30,900 bases of DNA from a virus (taxonomy: Duplodnaviria > Caudoviricetes), in the IMG/VR virus record IMGVR_UViG_3300032243_000352, positions 1-30,900 of that record; one strand, written 5' to 3'. A program made the position numbers and the translations under genes. Position 1 is the first letter of the stretch. Each line of letters starts with the position of its first letter. This document shows, one piece after another, positions 26,090 through 30,900 of the stretch. The notes below the pieces were generated by a model, which worked only from the letters and a program-made list of their open reading frames with translations, made no database searches and was not told the origin of the DNA.

Positions 26090-27039
26090 TGAGTGAATAT
26101 AAATTCCCAGACGAGCTTGAAGACGATAAAGTTCAAGCTAAAGACGACGATCTTGATATTGAGATTACGATTGAAGACGATACCCCTGCCGAAGACAGGA
26201 ACCAGAAACCGCTACCTAAAGAGTTAGTTGATAAGCTCGAAGTTGATGAGTTAGACCAGTATAGCCAGCAAGCGCAAGAAAAACTTAAGGCTATGAAGAA
26301 GGTTTGGCACGATGAACGACGCAGAGCCGATCAAGCAGAACGTGAACGTCAAGCAGCTCTTGAGGCAACTCAAAGATTGCATGAGGAGAACAGACGCTTA
26401 AAGTCAACTTTGTCTAATGGCGAGCGTGAATACCTAGATACTGCTAAAAATGCTAGTGATTTACAAAGCCAAGTAGCAAGAAAAGCTTATAAAGATGCTT
26501 TGGAGTCTGGTGATGCAGATAGTATTGTTGAAGCCCAAGAAAAGCTAAACGAAGCTAATTTTAGAGCAAATCAAATAAAAAACTATCGTCCTGCTTTACA
26601 AAACACAGAAAATGATGTAAAAATACAGCAAGCGCAACAAAATACTCAAAGAGACCCAAGTCTTGATGAGTGGACAGGCAGAAATCCTTGGTATGGTAGC
26701 AAAAAAAGTATGACTGCTTATGCACTAGGAATACATGAAGAGTTGGCCGACGAATACGGTGCAGCTTTTTTAGGAACTAAAAAGTATTACGAACACATTG
26801 ACAAAACAATGCGTAAAGTTTTTCCAGAGTATTTTAGTCCTTTGGAATCTCAAGATGAACAAGATACTGAGCCACAAAAGCCTCAGAAGAAAACAAGCAC
26901 TGTAGTAGCTCCGGCAACTAGAAGCACATCTTCCAAACAGGTGAAGCTTAAAACATCCGAACAAGCCATAGCGAAAAGACTAGGTTTGACAAATGAGCAA
27001 TACGTACGTGAAATGTTAAAATTAGAAAGCCAAAGATGA
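26089..27039 (+). CDS. Putative capsid scaffolding protein
   Basis: Acidic N-terminus, long coiled coil, C-terminal AIAKRLGLTNEQY. Lies upstream of the capsid genes. Confidence 0.7.
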   Translation: MSEYKFPDELEDDKVQAKDDDLDIEITIEDDTPAEDRNQKPLPKELVDKLEVDELDQYSQQAQEKLKAMKKVWHDERRRADQAERERQAALEATQRLHEENRRLKSTLSNGEREYLDTAKNASDLQSQVARKAYKDALESGDADSIVEAQEKLNEANFRANQIKNYRPALQNTENDVKIQQAQQNTQRDPSLDEWTGRNPWYGSKKSMTAYALGIHEELADEYGAAFLGTKKYYEHIDKTMRKVFPEYFSPLESQDEQDTEPQKPQKKTSTVVAPATRSTSSKQVKLKTSEQAIAKRLGLTNEQYVREMLKLESQR

Positions 27040-27488
27040 CTGATACAAATAGACTTACCCGTGAGTTAGAGACCCGTGAACTTAATGAGCGCCCTAAACA
27101 GTGGATGCCTCCTGAACTTCTCCCAGAGCCAGACAAACAGGCTGGGTATACCTATCGGTGGATTCGTGTTTCAACACTTAATAACAGTGACCCTAGAAAT
27201 ATCTCTTCTAAACTTAGAGAAGGTTGGGAGCCTGTGACTGTTGAAGAACAACCAAAATTTAAACTGTTAGCCAGTGGAGAAGGTCGATTTAAAGACAATA
27301 TCGAAATTGGCGGGTTATTACTCTGCAAAACTCCAACTGAGTTTGTACAGCAACGTGTAGAATACTACGCAAAGCAAACACAAGCCCAGACCGACGCTGT
27401 AGATAATAGCTTAATGCGCCAAAGCGATTCAAGGATGCCCATTTTTAATGAGCGTAAATCCTCGGTTAGTTTTGGAAAAGGTACTTAA
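27036..27488 (+). CDS. Hypothetical head-module protein
   Basis: 150 aa, YTYRWIR...LREGWEPV, ATGA coupled. Confidence 0.7.
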   Translation: MTDTNRLTRELETRELNERPKQWMPPELLPEPDKQAGYTYRWIRVSTLNNSDPRNISSKLREGWEPVTVEEQPKFKLLASGEGRFKDNIEIGGLLLCKTPTEFVQQRVEYYAKQTQAQTDAVDNSLMRQSDSRMPIFNERKSSVSFGKGT

Positions 27489-27505
27489 TCAATTAGGAGA
27501 TTTAA

Positions 27506-28405
27506 ATGGCTTATCCTACAATTTCGGCCCCTTATGGCCTAAAGCCTATTAATCTTATTGGCGGGCAAGTTTTTGTTGGGTCTACACGCAACGTGCAGAT
27601 TCAGTATGGCTTTAACACCAATATTTTTTATGGCGATGTAGTTAGTATTTCACGTGGTTTTATTACCCGTACAACTGTTACTACTGGTGCAGGCGCATCT
27701 ACTGGCGGTACAGGTACAGGTGTTCTCGGTGTATTTTTAGGTGTTTCTTATACAAACCCTTTAACCAAACAAAAACAGTTTAGCCAATACTGGCCAGCTG
27801 GTACTTTGTCTGGTGATGCTCAAGCTATTGTTACTGATGATCCAGACACATTGTTTAAAGTAGTAGCTGTTACAGCCGCTGCTGGTACAACTGTTGGTTC
27901 TGTTGCTCGTGCAATGATTGGTTTAAACGTGACAGGTTCAAACTTAGCTGGTTCTGTTGCTACAGGTAACTCTAGTAACGGTATTGTTCCATCTGTATCT
28001 GTTGAAAATACTTCAACTTTACCTTTCCGTATTGTTGACGTAGTTCCTGATACATCAATTGTAAGTAATGCAACGTTGTCCTCTGGTGGTGGCTCTACAA
28101 CTCTGGTAGTTACAGGTTTGACAAGCACATTGCCATACGGCACTGAAGTAGGTTATTTAGCTTCAAACGGTCAATATATTGGTATAGGTTCTTGGGTATC
28201 TTCTGCTGTAACAGGCACAGGTTCACAATCTATCTCTATTAATAGCCAAGCTGTTACAGTTAACGCCGCTGGTGCTGCATCGACTGGTGTTACAATCCCT
28301 GCGGCAAGCACTTTGGTGTTTACTCAGTATCCTGAAGCGATCGTTAAGTTCAACTTCGGTATCCAAGAGTATTACAGCAATACTGCAGCAGCCTCAACAC
28401 TTTAA
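27506..28405 (+). CDS. Putative capsid decoration/minor capsid protein
   Basis: Gly/Thr/Ser-rich beta-type protein (IFYGDVV, GVFLGV, DDPDTLF) directly before the MCP. Strong RBS. Confidence 0.6.
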   Translation: MAYPTISAPYGLKPINLIGGQVFVGSTRNVQIQYGFNTNIFYGDVVSISRGFITRTTVTTGAGASTGGTGTGVLGVFLGVSYTNPLTKQKQFSQYWPAGTLSGDAQAIVTDDPDTLFKVVAVTAAAGTTVGSVARAMIGLNVTGSNLAGSVATGNSSNGIVPSVSVENTSTLPFRIVDVVPDTSIVSNATLSSGGGSTTLVVTGLTSTLPYGTEVGYLASNGQYIGIGSWVSSAVTGTGSQSISINSQAVTVNAAGAASTGVTIPAASTLVFTQYPEAIVKFNFGIQEYYSNTAAASTL

Positions 28406-28419
28406 TTAGGAGCTAGATA

Positions 28420-29331
28420 ATGGCTATTTCACGCGCACAACTACTGAAAGAGTTGCTCCCCGGATTGAATGCTTTATTCGGATTAGAGTATGCTCGCTAC
28501 GGTGAAGAACACAAAGAACTTTACGAAATTGAAGCTTCTGAGCGTTCTTTTGAAGAAGAAACAAAACTGTCAGGTTTCTCTGCAGCTCCTGTTAAGAACG
28601 AAGGCTCAGCCATCGCTTATGACAATGCTCAAGAAGCATGGACAGCTCGCTACAACCACGAAACTATTGCCCTTGGCTTTAGCTTGACTGAAGAAGCAAT
28701 CGAAGATAACCTCTACGATTCTTTATCTGCTCGCTACACTAAAGGTTTAGCTCGTGCTATGGCTTATACCAAACAGGTTAAAGCTGCTGCAACATTGAAT
28801 AACGGTTTCTCTGCTGCCTATGTGGGTGGAGATAACGTTCCTCTTTTCAGCACAGCACACCCATTGGTAAACGGTGGTACTAACGGCAACACTCCAGCTA
28901 CTCAAGCTGACTTGAATGAAACATCATTGGAAAATGCTGTTATTCAGATCGCTGCTTGGACTGATGAGCGTGGTTTGTTAATCGCTGCTAAGCCTAAGAA
29001 GTTAGTTGTTCCTCCTGCGCTCCAATTCGTTGCAACTCGTTTGCTCGAAACAGAATTGCGTGTTGGTACAAACAACAACGACATCAATGCAATTAAGAAC
29101 AACGGTTCTGTCTCTGAAGGTTATACAATTAACCACTTCTTGACCGATAACAACGCTTGGTTCTTGACTACTGATGTTCCAAATGGTTTGAAGCACTTCG
29201 TTCGTACCCCATTGTCTAACAGCATGGATGGCGATTTTGATACAGGTAACGTACGTTACAAGTCTCGTGAGCGTTATTCTTTCGGTTGGTCTGATCCACT
29301 AGGTATGTACGGTTCTTCTGGCTCGTTCTAA
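28420..29331 (+). CDS. Major capsid protein (Mu gpT-like, HK97 fold)
   Basis: TEEAIEDNLY, GGDNVPLFSTAHP, PKKLVVPPAL and RERYSFGWSD. Strong RBS, followed by a terminator. Confidence 0.9.
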   Translation: MAISRAQLLKELLPGLNALFGLEYARYGEEHKELYEIEASERSFEEETKLSGFSAAPVKNEGSAIAYDNAQEAWTARYNHETIALGFSLTEEAIEDNLYDSLSARYTKGLARAMAYTKQVKAAATLNNGFSAAYVGGDNVPLFSTAHPLVNGGTNGNTPATQADLNETSLENAVIQIAAWTDERGLLIAAKPKKLVVPPALQFVATRLLETELRVGTNNNDINAIKNNGSVSEGYTINHFLTDNNAWFLTTDVPNGLKHFVRTPLSNSMDGDFDTGNVRYKSRERYSFGWSDPLGMYGSSGSF

Positions 29332-29350
29332 TCAAACGTAAATAAGTTTG

Positions 29351-29377
29351 AACCCCGCTCAAAAGGCGGGGTTTTTT
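29351..29377 (+). terminator. Rho-independent terminator
   Basis: AACCCCGC/GCGGGGTT stem plus T-tract. Confidence 0.88.
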
Positions 29378-29389
29378 ATTTAAAAAAGA

Positions 29390-29417
29390 TTGCACAAAAC
29401 CAAAAAAGTAGTAAAAT
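29390..29417 (+). promoter_or_regulatory. Possible sigma70-type promoter
   Basis: TTGCAC (29390-95), 16 bp, TAAAAT (29412-17). Predicted start is near the 5' end of the RNA structure. Confidence 0.5.
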
Positions 29418-29424
29418 ATGTATA

Positions 29425-29495
29425 CCTGGGTGTTTAACTATATCGCCACTGCCCCAGCAGACGATGCAACGATTGATATAGTTTCTTTTGCATAA
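29425..29495 (+). ncRNA. Structured RNA downstream of the capsid gene, candidate Mu-gpT-DE motif
   Basis: Interleaved pairings 29426-30/29453-57, 29436-44/29475-83 and 29464-69/29488-93. The location matches the described context of Mu-gpT-DE RNAs. Confidence 0.55.
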
Positions 29496-29505
29496 GGAGT
29501 CCATT

Positions 29506-30195
29506 ATGGGACGTAGTACATTTGATGGTCCAATTTTAGCCGGTGAAAACCGTTTTGGCCCACAGCGTAACATCGGTTACACAACTCTCACACAATCTGG
29601 TTATTTAAATCTCTTAAATACATCTTCTAACACTGCTGGTTATGGTGGTGGATCAGGTATTTTTGTTAACTCAAATAACATTCCTAACGGTCAAGCAACT
29701 GTTTATGTTCCGTCTTCAACCCTTCCATTAGGGCAAAACTCAACACAAACAATTCCTGCTGACACAGCAACCCAAATTTATCGTGGTTGGGTATGTTATA
29801 TCCCAACAGGGTCTGATATTGACCAATGTATTATTGACGTAGCAGTATTACCAACGATTACATCTGGTACTTTATCAACTATTAAAATGTATATATCCAA
29901 CAACTACACAGTTGAGGGAGGAACAGCTACTTATGCTACTGCAACATTGTCTGGTGCAGGACGTGCTAGTACATCTTTTAGTGGAACACAAGTAACTAAC
30001 TGTAATAGCACATCAGTTGATTTAGTTGGCGTAAATGGTACTCAGCAGTTGTCGCAAATTGTGTTTACTTTGTCGTTAACAGGTACAACAATGACAAGTA
30101 TTTCTGCTGGTCAAGTTTACTTTTCAATACGTTATATTCAGCCTGACGGTAATATTGGAACTACAACTGTTTACCCATATGGTAACTTTGACTAA
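29506..30195 (+). CDS. Virion structural protein
   Basis: Start MGRSTFDGP after AAGGAG. Thr/Ser/Gly-rich. Confidence 0.65.
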   Translation: MGRSTFDGPILAGENRFGPQRNIGYTTLTQSGYLNLLNTSSNTAGYGGGSGIFVNSNNIPNGQATVYVPSSTLPLGQNSTQTIPADTATQIYRGWVCYIPTGSDIDQCIIDVAVLPTITSGTLSTIKMYISNNYTVEGGTATYATATLSGAGRASTSFSGTQVTNCNSTSVDLVGVNGTQQLSQIVFTLSLTGTTMTSISAGQVYFSIRYIQPDGNIGTTTVYPYGNFD

Positions 30196-30202
30196 TAATC
30201 TG

Positions 30203-30227
30203 AAAGGGAACTTCGGTTCCTTTTTTT
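30203..30227 (+). terminator. Rho-independent terminator
   Basis: GGAAC-TTCG-GTTCC-TTTTTTT. Confidence 0.8.
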
Positions 30228-30246
30228 AAACTGATAAGGAGATATT

Positions 30247-30900
30247 ATGTCAGGATGGACCGTAGTAGACACAGCATCAAATAAATCGCTACCCGTTGGT
30301 GGTAGCCAAAATTCAGGTACAGGAGTGCCATACATATCTCCTGCGCCATCAACACAAGATCCTGTTGGTAAAATGCGTGTTTCAACGCCTCAGTCTTTGA
30401 TTGATACTGACTTTGAATATGGTACTCAGCCTACCAAATGGGAGTCCATTTGCCTTCAAAATCAACGCCCAAGCACTTATTACATTCCACAACAACCTAG
30501 AGTAGTTACATCAATTACACCGACAACAAATAGTGTGGTTGTTTCTATGGCAGATACATCTGGATTTTCAGTTGGAACACCAATTTATGTACAAAATTCT
30601 TTAGACCCTCTTTTAAATGGATGGTGGTTAGTATCAGCAGTAGGTGCAGGAAATGTTACTTATATTATTACATCTCCAACAGTAAACACTACTAACCAAT
30701 ATTCTTCTGCGTTAACATACGTATATCTTGGTTATTTTTATTCTAATTGTGGTATACAGTTAACAAGTACAACGGCACTTACTTTTGTTGGATCAACAGT
30801 TACTGTAACAACTACAGGGGCTCATGGACTAAGTAAAGGTAGTTTAATTTATGTTGTTGGCACAACAGGACCATCTACTGCAACAACAGTTAATGCGGCC
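30247..30900 (+). CDS. Virion structural protein (fibre/spike-like), truncated by the window end
   Basis: Not in the ORF track. AAGGAG RBS, MSGWTVVDTAS...DPVGKMRVSTPQSLIDTDFEYG...TTTGAHGLSKGSLIYVVG, open to the edge. Confidence 0.7.
   Translation, partial: MSGWTVVDTASNKSLPVGGSQNSGTGVPYISPAPSTQDPVGKMRVSTPQSLIDTDFEYGTQPTKWESICLQNQRPSTYYIPQQPRVVTSITPTTNSVVVSMADTSGFSVGTPIYVQNSLDPLLNGWWLVSAVGAGNVTYIITSPTVNTTNQYSSALTYVYLGYFYSNCGIQLTSTTALTFVGSTVTVTTTGAHGLSKGSLIYVVGTTGPSTATTVNAA

Noticed and set aside
1240-29196. Many antisense or alternate-frame ORFs in the track (for example 1240..1566, 6650..7036, 13579..14043, 22220..22642, 22708..23229, 27820..28143)
   Set aside because: They are nested within well-supported genes and look like shadow ORFs.

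Overview
The window is part of a tailed dsDNA phage genome (podovirus-like head module) with two arms that diverge at about 20140-20560. The minus arm holds early/accessory genes (9596-20126: DUF3150-like, VWA/metallopeptidase, MoxR-like AAA+, and small DNA-binding and membrane proteins) and then a replication module (VRR-NUC, family A polymerase with Leu762, Cas4-like nuclease, HNH, SNF2-like helicase, putative SSB, HTH, truncated primase). The plus arm holds terminase, portal, GroES-like protein, scaffold, decoration protein, Mu gpT-like major capsid and further virion proteins. The most striking unexplained signal is a 29-bp palindrome (GGACAAAGTTAC-N5-RTAACTTTGTCC) seen ten times, only between 9389 and 20248. 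Seven copies sit just upstream of early-gene start codons and three sit beside sigma70 promoters. An unannotated 59-aa ribbon-helix-helix gene ends inside one copy. Also present are an origin-like region with IHF consensus sites and two structured RNA candidates. All calls are by eye, with no database searches. I saw no integrase, tRNA, CRISPR array or lysis gene.
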